Both the position numbers and the translations under genes were made by a program. A stretch of 62,679 bases of DNA, counting the filler, from Globobulimina sp. (lineage: Eukaryota), in the NCBI GenBank assembly GCA_003354225.1. It is 45 parts of 45 records of this genome, joined end to end, with 100 filler letters (N's around TTAATTAATTAA, not from the genome) between each part and the next. Parts side by side here need not be neighbours in the genome. Positions count along the whole stretch, not along the records: positions 23,733 to 25,027 come from PIVH01019217.1; positions 25,128 to 26,422 come from PIVH01019218.1; positions 26,523 to 27,817 come from PIVH01019219.1; positions 27,918 to 29,212 come from PIVH01019220.1; positions 29,313 to 30,607 come from PIVH01019221.1; positions 30,708 to 32,002 come from PIVH01019222.1; positions 32,103 to 33,397 come from PIVH01019223.1; positions 33,498 to 34,792 come from PIVH01019224.1; 37 more parts are not named here. One strand, written 5' to 3'. The notes under the pieces are model-generated. The model saw only the letters and a program-made list of their open reading frames with translations. It searched no databases and was not told the DNA's origin. This document shows, piece by piece, positions 23,733 through 36,287 of the stretch (position 1 is its first letter; the number at the start of each line of letters is the position of its first letter).

Positions 23733-25027
23733 AATGGTCTTCATAAAAATGGTGAGACATATCAACGTAAAACACAAACCGCAGACAGTGGTGAAAAGAG
23801 ACTGAAAGAGAGATTGCTAAGTTTTTGCAGTTTGGAAAGAATACAGAAAAATATACAATTAAAATGTCTCGATATTAGACAACAAAGCAAGATAAGAAAA
23901 TATTTATTTGTGACCATATATCTGCTCTCGAATATTATATATCTAATATACTGGGCAATATTTTATAGGAATATGGTCTCAGACATTAACAAAGCAGTGG
24001 AAAATAGTGAAGCTTTTGGGCCATATACAAGCGAAGAATTAAGCATAATAAGTAACAGAAATACATCACCGGGCGAACCCGGCATAATATTATCGGCATG
24101 GTTTCCGATGGCTAAAATGTTTGGTAACTTATTGAATATAAATTGTGCATTTATTTTATTGCCGGTATGTCGTTCATTTATTTCACAGCTATATAATATC
24201 TCCACAGATCAACGAAATATTGCAAAAACTTGTAATTATTTGTTATCATTCATGCCGTTGGATAAAGCACTGCAATTTCATAAATTATGTGCCTTTCTCA
24301 TAGTGGTAGGCAGTATATTTCATACATGGTCACATTACAATCATTTCGCTGTTGTCCCAGCAACCTATCAAAAAGTGTACGGTTCTACTGTTTGGATATC
24401 CGGTTCGTTTATAATAATATGTATGCATTTCTTATATTGCACCTCATTCGCCAGTGTAAGGCATGGTAAGTTTGAATTATTTTGGTACACACATCATTTA
24501 TTTGTAATATTTTTTTTGTGCATTCTATTCCACGGCGCCGACTCCCTCAATCCGAATTTTTGGAAATGGTTTTTAATTCCAGGCTTATTATATATCATCG
24601 AACGGACATTGCGAGAATTCAAATCGCGGCAAGCCGTCGGTGTGGTTTCCATATTACATATGAACAATAAAAATGCGCGAATCTTCTGTTTAGAATTAGA
24701 TAAAAGTGGCCATAAATATATCTCAACGCATCAAGAAGGCCAATATGTGTTTATTAAAGCACCCATTATAAGCAAATTCCAATGGCATCCATTTTCTATC
24801 TCATCGCCGCCCGACAAGAAAACATTAACTTTGCATATACGTAATATGGGCGATGGTTCGTGGACTGATCGATTGCAGCAATTCTTCCAAGCCATTGCTC
24901 CCGGAAAAGCATACACGGAGTTACATCATAGAGAGGGCAACACATTGCAACCGCAGACCATTGGCCCCGATGGCAATAACTTAATATGCATTGATGGGCC
25001 AATGGCAGCACCAACGCAGCATTTAGG
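23733..25027 (+). CDS. NOX: NADPH oxidase (Nox/gp91phox family), truncated at both ends
   Basis: LLPVCR, FHK..HTWSH and FELFWYTHHLF..H haem ligands, GQYVF, WHPFSISS, GSWT, IDGP. Confidence 0.92.
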
Positions 25028-25137
25028 NNNNNNNNNNNNNNNNNNNNNNNNNNNNNNNNNNNNNNNNNNNNTTAATTAATTAANNNNNNNNNNNNNNNNN
25101 NNNNNNNNNNNNNNNNNNNNNNNNNNNAAAAATAAAA

Positions 25138-26422
25138 TCAGTTAATCTTTAATTCACCAGCACCAAATCCTTGTTCTCCAAAGAAATCACCAATATCTTC
25201 ATCTTCACCATCTTCATTTTCTTCTTCGTCTAATTTTAAATCATTATCAACATCATCACCTTCAACATCACCATCAGACGACATCTCTTCATTTGATGCA
25301 TATGCAACATCTTCCGGTAAAACAACATTTTCGTTTTGCATTGCTTGCAATAACAATTTACGACCAATCTTATCATTATCATCAGCCATCTCATCATCAT
25401 CTCGACCAACATCACTTAAATAAACATCAACATCACTATCAACATCCTCTTTTTCTTGTTCTTTTCCTTGAATTTCCTCTTTAAATTCTGAATAATCATA
25501 GTCCTCAACATCCGCAAATTTATCATCTGGTATTTCCGAGCCATAGTTCGATTTTAACCAATTAAACATTGCCTTATCTGCTAAGAGATTATCCGACGGA
25601 TTATCTTCATCCAAATCTACAGCACCAACCTCACCATCATCAACAACAACATCTTTCTTCCTTTTCTTAGTGCTTTCATGCTGTTTATACATAGCAATGA
25701 AACCATCGCCGACCAGATATGAATCAATGAATTGGTCTTTATCATTCGCATCAAATTTCTGACTATTTTTCGGCTTAAATTCCTTCATTCTATGCGCCAG
25801 AATCTGGGTAAATTTCTCAAATAATATCTTACGCTTAAAATCTTTCAATGGATCGCCACCATATTCGATCCGTTTATTTGTAATCAACTGTTTAGCAAAG
25901 TGCCTCACCGCCGGATGCATGTGCAAACACAGCACGTTTAACTCCCAAAATGGACACAAATCCGCGGCACATAACGACGGCTCATATTCATTCAAATTGT
26001 AACATCTCTTGTCATCCTCTTTCAGTGTCAAAATATTATCCAACATATCACGCAAAAATGGGTGAATTTCCATAATGGCACTGAATAAATACAACGCGCC
26101 GCAAATCCACGACACAGTTCCATACGAACCAAACTGTATCAATCGATGCACAAAAGCACAGATCCGCTCTTTGTTTGTGTCGCATTTTATGCTTTGATAT
26201 ATTAAATTGAATAATTTTTCTGGCTGAAAACAATTGAATCCATCCCATCGACCGCAAACTGAGTACAATATTTGATAAAATCTATCCGATGGAGTCGTCC
26301 GTAACTTGCGCATATTTTCCTCCGTGCCATATTTTATAATCTGTCTCGGCGTTTTGTCCGTGATATCCGTGCCGGTCACGGCCCGGAAGGCGATTCTGGG
26401 CTTGAGCATCCGGGAGCCGTGG
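25138..26422 (-). CDS. MAK21: CBF/Mak21 (CEBPZ/Noc1) ribosome biogenesis protein, C-terminal part
   Basis: SDRFYQILY, LFNLIYQSIK.D....RI.AF..RL.Q, WEL..L..H.HPAV..FA, YGGDPLKDF, acidic tail. Confidence 0.85.
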
Positions 26423-26522
26423 NNNNNNNNNNNNNNNNNNNNNNNNNNNNNNNNNNNNNNNNNNNNTTAATTAATTAANNNNNNNNNNNNNNNNNNNNNN
26501 NNNNNNNNNNNNNNNNNNNNNN

Positions 26523-26728
26523 GATTAATTTCAAAGAACGATATCAATCAACATCAATGTACAAAGGCTGTCGATAATTATTTGTACTTATATGAAGATT
26601 ATGTTATGAAAAGATTGAAACGCGCTGTTGCTACAAAACGAAATGGCGCTGCAAATAACAATAATAATACAAACACTACAATTATTTCACAATATCTTCA
26701 TCTCAAACAACAAGTACTACAAAATTAA
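26523..26728 (+). CDS. 3' end of a hypothetical gene convergent with eIF3b
   Basis: Frame is open from the contig start (LISKNDINQH..QQVLQN*). Confidence 0.4.
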
Positions 26729-26889
26729 TTAAATGTTGTTTCTTCTTCTTTTCTTGGAATATGTGTCCATTGTGATTGTGTACAACAGTACAAGTGGCAT
26801 AAGGCCATGTGTTGTCATTTAAAATGAAAAAAAAAAGTCACACTAAATAAAATTAATCAGTTGCAATATCAGCCGATCGTATTCGTAAC

Positions 26890-27817
26890 TCATTGATTCC
26901 TCCATTTATCAAAATCGCTAATTTCCTCACTTAAGATCTTCCTCATGATATCCTTTGCGATCACAAATTGCTGCACCGACTTCTCCAATTTCTGCTGTAT
27001 ATTCCTCGGTGTATACGAAGACGGCGACGCCAATGCTCTTAATGTCTCCCTTTGTTCCAAAATATATCTGGATTTTTTCTTAATACTCTTCAAATCCTGA
27101 GCATATTTTTCCTTCTTCTTTTTGTTTTTCACCAAGCCAATGCCAGTGGCTTCCATCCGTTTGTCGTTATCAAATTGCTGAAATAACTCATCCCAGCCAC
27201 TGCTTAACTTGCTATTAATCCGTTGCACGTCGGACTTGCTATGGATCCGCAACAAGTTCTTGGGCACCGGCCGCCATAATATCTGGTAAAAATACTTAAT
27301 TTTGTACTGCTTCAATTTCTCCCCTTGATACGACCAGATAATATATCGAGTGTCATCGCCGGACGTCGACTCCAAAAATTGTGTAGTTGCAGTCACCAAA
27401 TAGCGCCCACTGGGACACCATTCAATATCCGTCATATTTTCGTGTATGACACTCACACTGTTGGTGGCCCCGCGCGTTTTATAATTGCTCACATCGATAA
27501 ACTCCAACTCGCCGCCGGCCCGCCGTGTTTTGTCCACATTGGCGATCACTAAACGAGCGTCTCTCGTCGCTGGCGACCAATATAACTCATTCACTCTCTT
27601 CTTATCTATCTTCAATATCAAACGAGGTTTGTTGTTCGCAGACACGATGTAAATAGACACATCGGGCTCTATGCGTTTGCCCTGGGCGCCGTCACGATGG
27701 ATCACGCCAAATCTGTCCCCATTGGGCTGCCACGCGAAATACATAATGATTCCCAACTTATCCGTGCGACTAAACGGCATATTCTTGTCCCGCACCGTCA
27801 TGATCCCGATGGAGTGG
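26890..27817 (-). CDS. EIF3B: Translation initiation factor eIF3 subunit B, C-terminal part
   Basis: FAWQPNGDRFGVI, NELYWSP, GELEF, TDIEWCPSGRYLVT, Y.IWSYQG, FYQILWRP. Confidence 0.9.
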
Positions 27818-27917
27818 NNNNNNNNNNNNNNNNNNNNNNNNNNNNNNNNNNNNNNNNNNNNTTAATTAATTAANNNNNNNNNNNNNNNNNNNNNNNNNNN
27901 NNNNNNNNNNNNNNNNN

Positions 27918-28110
27918 CTGAATGTCGCGAGTTCGAGCCTCGACCCCGCTTCATTTAATTTGCCAAGAGAACGCTGGTAATCCACTTGGATAGGTCCGAC
28001 TCAACTTCCCCAATCGTTCTGATACTGCTAAGCACATAGGAAAGACCCGTTAGCAATCCCTGATAATCTGCAGTGGGTAGGGTAACAAAGCCTACTAAGA
28101 GCCTACTACT
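27918..28110 (+). mobile_element. Putative tRNA-derived SINE, 5'-truncated by the contig end
   Basis: tRNA variable loop/T-arm with B box (CTGAATGTCGCGAGTTCGAGCCTCG), GC-richer body, (CTA)n tail CCTACTAAGAGCCTACTACT. Confidence 0.5.
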
Positions 28111-28128
28111 TCTGGATTCAGGAAATAG

Positions 28129-29143
28129 TTGTGTATTGGTTTGTTGTGTGTTCCGTTTTGTTGGTGTGTCCATACCGCCATAACTAGAAAATTTAAACGT
28201 AAAAAGGTAAGTACTGTCCTCAACAGCAAATCGAGAAAAGATGGACATATATTACATGTATATACAAAAATAGGTTATATTGACAGAACAAAAATTGATC
28301 ACCAAAGCAGGGGCATATAGTTGTGAATGTTGTTTGAGTGGATGGGAGGAAAAGATATATTCAGTTCCTATTGAATACGAAAAATTGACTGTGCTAAACT
28401 TTACTGTTTCTGATAGTAGCTGTGGTGGCTGTGGTTGTTGTGGTGATGTCAAGCGTTTATCGTTTAGATCTAGAAATGTTGGTTTTCGTTTTGCTTTGGA
28501 AGGCTTATCCGATCCGGACGGAATAAGAAAATTAATGTTGAAAATCAGAGATGAGAAAAAGAAGGGAAATATAGATAGCGACAAAACAATCGATCCTCCG
28601 AAGTGTCCCAAGGATAATTGTTCAAAGAAAACAAAAATTATGGTTCAGTATGCAGGCCACTGTCAAAAATGTGGACAATTTATGCCGAACGGAACTGCGT
28701 TCTGTCACGATGGAACGGTATATATGGTATGTTATCGATGTGCTATAAAAGAGATGGAAGAGGAAAAAGAGGCAGAAATTGTAGCTATGAACGAGAGGGA
28801 AGAAATGGTAGCATCCGCTGCTGCTGCTGCTGCTGTTGCTGCTGTAACCGGCGCCGTTTCAGCCGAGGCCGCACTTAATCGACAGATTCAACTTTCTCAT
28901 CATAATGTAGCAGCAAATGATGATATTGGATTGCAAGTGGCTGAAACAAGTGGTAATGTGACTGAGGCGATAGTTGGCAAAGCAATAAAAATGACAGTAC
29001 ATCATGCTGTGGATGAAATTGTTGGTGATGTTGTAGATGTAGTGGGTGAAGCTGTACTTGATGTTGTTGTAGATGGCGCTGTGGAGACTGTAAAAGAAGA
29101 AGTTAAAAATACTCTGATTGATACTGTTTTCAGTTTTTTGTAA
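28129..29143 (+). CDS. Membrane protein with PH-like (bPH_2/DUF304-like) region, Cys-rich Zn finger and acidic tail, intron 28207..28273
   Basis: Spliced CIGLLCVPFCWC..KK|VILTEQKLI; LEGLSDPDGIRK; CPKDNC..CQKC..CH..CYRC. Confidence 0.6.
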
Positions 29144-29312
29144 TCGTATATTTGTTTTTTTGTGTATATTGTACATGTGTATATGTATATTGTTTGTGTG
29201 TTGTACATGTGTNNNNNNNNNNNNNNNNNNNNNNNNNNNNNNNNNNNNNNNNNNNNTTAATTAATTAANNNNNNNNNNNNNNNNNNNNNNNNNNNNNNNN
29301 NNNNNNNNNNNN

Positions 29313-30607
29313 ATCGTGGCTATGTCTAAGATTTTAAACTTATTCAGCTTCAATATCATTAACCAATGATTGTTCAATAGCCTTTTTAGTAACTTGGTGT
29401 TCCATTTGCGTAGCCATTTGGGCCAATCCTTCGGCTCCAACTGCCACTGTTTGGCCTCAAACATAAGCTCCACCGGTTCGGCTGCCACACCGTCAGCCAC
29501 ATCCTCTGTGATAATGCCCTTCAAATCGTGGGATAATTTCCGTTGATTTAATATTTTCTGTTTCATCTCAATCAATGCATTAATTTTATGCTGACAGAAT
29601 TTAACCTCAATCGACTCCTTGGCAGCAGCAGCCACCTCCGCGTGGACGCGGTCCACTTCCAACTGCTCGAATACTGCGCCCATTTGCACTTTGATGATGT
29701 TCAGATTTTTCAACGACTCCCAGGCTCCCAACATAAACCGAGCAGAATATTTCCGTTTGTGTCGTATGTGAGCTTCGAACACTTTCTTCCGATTTTGGAT
29801 CACTTGGTCAGCTGCAAACGATCTAGTTTTTCGTAGTTCTGCCTCGAGGTCGTACTGTTCGTCCATATCCGCCTCGAACTCTGCAATCAATTCTTTATTG
29901 CTTTCGCGAGGAACATATCGCAGTAAATCTTCACTATCGAATAAAAAGTTAAAATTCTGCCTCGTTATAGCTTCATGATACTTTTGTCTATCTTTCATAT
30001 GGAATGTATTCTTATGCCACGGCCATAAAAATTGAATCAATTCTCGATTCTCATATTCTAAGCAGAATTTCCGTAAATACTCTCCAAACCGCATCATATG
30101 AGCACACTGTCGATAAATGTTTGTGTTTCTGTATCATTGAATGCAACAAATACGTAAATACATACTCGATCACAATACAAAGTGCCAAGCTTTCCTTTCC
30201 ATGGGTATTGATCGCGGTGGAAATCATGCGGACACGTGTCATACTGTTCGTTTTTCTTCACCCGTTTATCACTTGGTTTGTCATGCAATGTGCAGCCATG
30301 CAGCGTATCAAAGTTATCATAATGTATCTGCTTCTCCAATATGCCAACAGTGCTCAGCCTCCTGTACCAATCCACAGCCTTTACGTGCGACTCTTCCACA
30401 CTGGCATCCACATCCTGAGTCTGCATGATCTGCAGCGGAGGTACTATGAACCCGGCAAATAAGTCCAAATCGCGGATTTCCCGCCGCAAATCTGACGTAT
30501 CCAACTTCGGCATACAGCCAGTCTCCCTTTTATCGTTCATACCGCGCCGGAAGCTGAAAGTTATAAATTGACTTTCCAATTCCAGCTCCATGTACTTCAT
30601 CGTAGTG
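29313..30607 (-). CDS. Hypothetical protein with a Cys/His cluster and coiled coil, intron 30107..30165
   Basis: Two ORFs join in frame through GTATGT...ACAG, giving CTLH..CPH..CDRCAH. Confidence 0.65.
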
Positions 30608-30956
30608 NNNNNNNNNNNNNNNNNNNNNNNNNNNNNNNNNNNNNNNNNNNNTTAATTAATTAANNNNNNNNNNNNNNNNNNNNNNNNNNNNNNNNNNNNN
30701 NNNNNNNGTTGGATTTCGATAATGTTCGTACCAAAACATTTTGGAATAAAGGGGTAAAATTATCAGCGAAAACTTTTTCTTATAATACGCTTTCCAGACT
30801 AAAGTTGTAATATAATAGACGTACCAATATTGCGTCATAGTAATATTAAATTATTAATACATCGATCAAGAATTTTCAAGTGAACACTATCTACGGTATG
30901 TTGTGCTGGATTTATTAATTATGCAAATTGCATTGTTTTATATGCAGAGTCAATTC

Positions 30957-31472
30957 ATGGCACAGAAAGGTGTATTACAAGTCAATGTGATCGATGCACA
31001 TCATTTACAAGATGAGAATGATTCGACTCTTTTGGAGATACAAGACCCGTATGTTATTGTCAAGGTTGAAAACGAGGAACTTAAAACAGACATTGTTGAT
31101 GATTGTATCCATCCACATTGGAATGAACATTTTGATTTTATAGATTATCAAATCAATATTAATAACAAAGCTCAATGTATTGTAAAAGATAAAGATTTAA
31201 TAGGAAATGATGATTTTATTGGCAGTGCGGATTTTTTATTACCAACAGCATTTGCCACACAATGGAAAGCTCAAGTATTGGCTTTGAAAACTAAGGAGAA
31301 TAATGACCAGGGCGTGCTAACCATACAGACACGGTATATTTCAATGCAACAATATTCGATGTCAAAGGCAAACACAGATGCAAACGATGAGCGACAAAAA
31401 GCATATGATAAAAAGATCGAGGAAGTGGTAAACAGAGGAAGTTGTTGTTGTGGAGGATGTCAAATATTGTAA
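30957..31472 (+). CDS. C2-domain protein with C-terminal CaaX motif
   Basis: GVLQVNVIDAHHL, DPYVIV, HPHWNEHF, DKDLIGNDDFIG; ends CCCGGCQIL*. Confidence 0.9.
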   Translation: MAQKGVLQVNVIDAHHLQDENDSTLLEIQDPYVIVKVENEELKTDIVDDCIHPHWNEHFDFIDYQININNKAQCIVKDKDLIGNDDFIGSADFLLPTAFATQWKAQVLALKTKENNDQGVLTIQTRYISMQQYSMSKANTDANDERQKAYDKKIEEVVNRGSCCCGGCQIL

Positions 31473-31565
31473 TTAAATGTGTAATATGTACATTTAATCA
31501 AACTCTGTTTTGAGTTGGAGTACGAATAAAAACAGTTTAAGAGTCCGCTGTTCTTGAAATCTTGA

Positions 31566-32002
31566 ATGATGACTCATTTTTTGGAAGACTTGAGGTCAGA
31601 GAAACAAGATCAATTATTGGTTTATGGTTATTTACATGAGCATGTGTGCCTATTTCAAATGGTAATTCCTGATGATATTATCCAAATCATTGTAAAATTC
31701 AACAGATTTGTTCCGGTGGACGTGTTTGCTATATATTCAGAGCTTGATTATAAATTAATTGGTGATACTGTCGAAAAATTGATATCTTCGTGGGATTCGA
31801 TATTTGGACAATATGAGTTTAAATCTACCATTAAAGCAACATTAATATGGACATTCAAAATACAAAGGATGAAATGTTATGGTACAGAGTTTATAGCCAT
31901 TGGTATCTCTTCAAATGTAGATCCCGGCTGTTTTCATTGGTGCACAACTGATAATAATTATGGATATCTGAGTAATGGCAAAAAAGGCTCAAAATATGTG
32001 TA
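31566..32002 (+). CDS. SPRY/B30.2-like protein with N-terminal LLVYGY..IPDDI module, 3'-truncated
   Basis: LLVYGYL..IPDDIIQII; SIFG..., WTFKI, IAIGI, YGY.SNG. Confidence 0.6.
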
Positions 32003-32155
32003 NNNNNNNNNNNNNNNNNNNNNNNNNNNNNNNNNNNNNNNNNNNNTTAATTAATTAANNNNNNNNNNNNNNNNNNNNNNNNNNNNNNNNNNNNNNNNNN
32101 NNTTTTTTTTAATTTTATGTCGCAAAAATATCTGTCATTTTTTTTAAAATATTTC

Positions 32156-33104
32156 TTAATCGCTCAGATGCATTTTTTGTAACAATTTACTCGTTTTCTT
32201 GCGTTTATGGTGCGTTTGTCTTGTTGATTTTGGTGGATTTATTGATTGGCTGATCTCTTGATCCAGTTTGAGCAATTTTGATAACTTTGTTTTCCTTCGG
32301 CGAGTCTGCGGATCATTGCTTGGACTGTCGATATGATTATGTTTTTTAACATCCATTTGATTGTATGTTGATATAATATTCATATTCATATAAATATTTC
32401 CAGTTTGAATGGTATTCCAATGTAATCTTGCATTTAAAGACTTGTTTGTTGGAGATATTGATATCGATTTGGTATCTTTCAATCGTATACCGCCACCAAT
32501 ATAAAATCTCCTCATTTCATCTCTTATCGTTCCTATTGGTCTCCATATGGGAATACATATTTCTTTGTTATTATTAGTGGTATCCAGCTCAATATTGACC
32601 GATCCATATCCTTCAACTCGATGTCGATTCCAATAATCCACAGAATTCACTTCAAAATATATGGTCGGTGATATGAAATCGTTTTTGTGCGAAAGACTCT
32701 CAATTATTTCCAATTCAAATATGGATGAGAAATTATATATTTTTTGATTCTTCAATTTCATGTAATAACTGCAGTTTGTGCTGTATTTCAGATTTGCTTT
32801 CTGTTTTCCATTGTTTACCATCAAGTATTTTGGTGTCGGAAAAACAAATTCAAAATCAATATATCTGGGATTGCATAGAAATGTGTTTTTAGGGAACTAT
32901 GTTCATATCTCAAGAGGATATTTCTTAACAAATATTCACAATCGAAATCAGCAGCTTTTGACAGAGATCCAAATATATTCATTCGCCGCTGTCCTAAATG
33001 GATTCAGTTATTCAAAATTAAATGTAGCAAAGGAAGAAAAACAACAAACCAATGTCAGGTTGATTGAACAGAGAGTATTTGTCATAAATTTTCAATGCAG
33101 ACAT
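32156..33104 (-). CDS. MKS1: MKS1-like B9-domain ciliary transition-zone protein, introns 32865..32929 and 32994..33049
   Basis: Spliced IFGSLSKAADFDCEYLYI; PTIYFEVNSVDYWNRHRVEGYG; IPIWRP..EMRRFYIGGG..L.D. Confidence 0.8.
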
Positions 33105-33236
33105 AATTATAATTACGATGTTGATTTTCGGGGTGAGGGCTCATTTAATAACATTTTAACTTTACTAACATTCTACTTACTTGGTCAATGGCAACGGGTT
33201 GGTAAGCATACTGTTCTATCCTCACGCTGATAATTA

Positions 33237-33397
33237 ATGAAGATTGCCATTGTAGGTTGTGCCCATGGTGAAATTGAGGAAATTCTAACCGCAATACAAC
33301 AATTCGAATCTGACAAAAAATGCAATGTCGATTTATTAATTTGTTGCGGTGATTTCCAAGCCGTCCGAAACGAGCATGATTTATGTAACATGTCATG
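33237..33397 (+). CDS. DBR1: Lariat debranching enzyme, N-terminal fragment
   Basis: MKIAIVGCAHGE..VDLLICCGDFQAVRN..DL..MS. Confidence 0.93.
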
Positions 33398-33497
33398 NNN
33401 NNNNNNNNNNNNNNNNNNNNNNNNNNNNNNNNNNNNNNNNNTTAATTAATTAANNNNNNNNNNNNNNNNNNNNNNNNNNNNNNNNNNNNNNNNNNNN

Positions 33498-34465
33498 GGT
33501 GCTTTGTATTGATAAATACATAAAAAAGTAAAAAAACACACAAACAAAAACAATACAAATATAAGTGCTAAATTGAAAAACGTTTTTGGCGACACAGAAA
33601 TCACAAAATTTACATTCTGTCCATTTACATTCTGTTCATGTTCATCCACGCCATTCATTGGAGATAAGGCGCTGTAAATTGACTCACTTGACTCTGAACT
33701 GGTTCTTCTGGATTTTTGTTTTCGTTTTAACTTTAACTTTCTCTTTGAAGCACTGTCTGAGGAATCGCCAGAACCCGAACCCGAATCATCAGAAACCGAA
33801 TCACTGTGATACGTCGTTGGTGTGGTGGTTGTTGGTGTGGCAGTCGTTGATGTTGTAATGGCTGTGCCACATAATCTAATTTCATCGATTACACACTGCT
33901 GTATGTTTCTGCCGGAATTAATTGGCAAAAATGATGTCGCTTCCCATCGAATTTGAAGTGTTGGTGTATTACTTGCGTCCGCACCGAGTGATTCTGTGAT
34001 TATTAGCATCGGCGAATTGACCCATTCGTCCTCGGGAATACCAGCGACAGAAACGTGTGAATCAAGGGTTGAAAATGTTTCTCCATCGACGGTATAACTA
34101 CTCCCACACTCTGCATTTGCAGTGCTTACGAAGTTGTCACCCGAAATATTAAACGTAGCATGTTTTAATGCATAATTGATGGTAATATCTGTGAATCCGA
34201 TTGTTGATATTAATCCTAATTTGGATAAGAAATTTGGTGTTGTTGTGACTGAATCATAATCCATTTGAGAAATACCATAACAAGCTTCGTCATAACACAA
34301 ATCTGATTCAGGCCCATAATTAATGTAACGTATTCCGTCATTGTCAAATATCCAATCAGTTAAATTTTCAGCGTTTTCATAAAATAATTCTGTTTGTGAC
34401 GAAAGACACTGAGGCTGCGAATTTGCCACACAAGCAATCACTATTAATATTAATAAAAATGACAT
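33498..34465 (-). CDS. Type I membrane/surface protein
   Basis: Signal peptide, beta-rich ectodomain (..IDEIRLCG), Thr/Ser linker, C-terminal TM. Confidence 0.75.
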
Positions 34466-35154
34466 ATCGGATGTCTGGTCTGGTGTGGTGTGGTTTGGTT
34501 TGGTTTGCTAATGTCAAACGTTCTCGTTTAGCTATTAGTAGCGGGCGGATGTTTGTATTAAGTGAAGTAAAGTGAACTAGTTAGTGAAGTAAAATATAAA
34601 TGTTAGAAATTTAGAACACAAACTGAATTTAATTATTAATGGATTGTATATACGTGATATGGCAAAAAGTTATAACAAGAGAGAGGATATTGTATATAAG
34701 TGATGAATATAAACCTATTGATTGGAGTTCATCAGATTCAAATTAAGCCTGAATCATCAAAGCTCATTTTCAAATTTCAAGTGCATTATTTANNNNNNNN
34801 NNNNNNNNNNNNNNNNNNNNNNNNNNNNNNNNNNNNTTAATTAATTAANNNNNNNNNNNNNNNNNNNNNNNNNNNNNNNNNNNNNNNNNNNNTTATTCTT
34901 TTATCACATTGTAATGGTCAAATGACAGTGGAATTTACGATCCCATGATTTATATTTTTTTGCCAGAGCATTATATTAAATTTTGAGAACAAACACATTC
35001 TTCCGATGTGTTATAATTTTTTTGGATCGTTTTTTTTTCATAACAGATCCCAAACAGAGCATTGCAGTCATAACTATATTGACCTTTTTTTCATTGTTGT
35101 GATCAGATTTCAACAATTTTTATTTTAGCAACTTTGCTTTCCATTCGATCCACC

Positions 35155-36147
35155 ATGTCAGCTGAGTCAAAACTAGATAATTTTGGTGACGAAGAAAAAA
35201 AAGACACGTTTGATGAAAGTAACAAAGAAGTTTTACCATCAAATGTACGACCAACCCATTACTCCCTATCTTACACAAATATTGATTTCGAAAAAGAATT
35301 CAAATTTAACGGTGTTGTAACAATCGATTTAGACGTCACTCACGATAACGTATCCCAAATCATTATCAATTCCGGTGACATCACCTATTTCTCAATAAAA
35401 ATAACACAATCTGCAAAATCATCCGACATCAATGTGTCCACCATTTCAGAGAATAAAACCTCTCAACAAGTCACCATCCCATTCACCACGCCTTTAAATG
35501 CAGGCAACGCCGTACTAGAAATTGCATTTATTGGTGTACTAAATGATAATTTAAAAGGTTTTTACAGATCTAAGTATAAATTAGGCGATGGTTCCGATGC
35601 ATTTTGCGGTTGCACGCAATTCGAAGCATGTGATGCCAGATTGGCCTTTCCGTGCTGGGACGAACCAGCAGCAAAAGCAACCTTTACACTGCAAATGGAA
35701 TACCCCAAAGATTTGATTTGTATTTCAAATATGCCGCCGGTCAATCAAACGGTAAATGGGAATTTTCGGGTGATTACTTTTGATAAAACGCCGAAAATGA
35801 GCACCTATTTACTTGCATGGGTCATCGGTCAATTTGAATATATCGAAGCCAAAACCTCCAGGGATATTATTATGCGAATTTATACTTCTGTTGGTAATAA
35901 AAATAAAGCGCACTATGCGTTAAACGTTGCTGTTTCTTGCTTAGATTTCTACGAAAAGTTGCGTACTTTCTCTAGTCACACACTGTCGCTATACGTCTGC
36001 AAGCTTAATGTGATAGGTATTTCGATATACAATATCCACTGCCCAAGTGTGACATGATCGCATTGGCTGACTTTGCAGCGGGAGCTATGGAAAATTGGGG
36101 CCTAATTACATATAGAGAAGTGCGTTTATTATGTGACATCAAAACTG
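35155..36147 (+). CDS. NPEPPS: Puromycin-sensitive aminopeptidase (M1 family), intron 35958..36016, 3'-truncated
   Basis: [49 protein letters not shown]; spliced [24 protein letters not shown]. Confidence 0.93.
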
Positions 36148-36287
36148 TAGTATCGTTTTCCAATGCCTTTATTGTTTTTCTTCAACANNNNNNNNNNNNN
36201 NNNNNNNNNNNNNNNNNNNNNNNNNNNNNNNTTAATTAATTAANNNNNNNNNNNNNNNNNNNNNNNNNNNNNNNNNNNNNNNNNNNN

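Noticed and set aside
26360-26422. GC-rich end of the Mak21 contig as a chimeric bacterial junction
   Set aside because: Only about 60 bp and the frame stays open; cannot be decided from sequence alone
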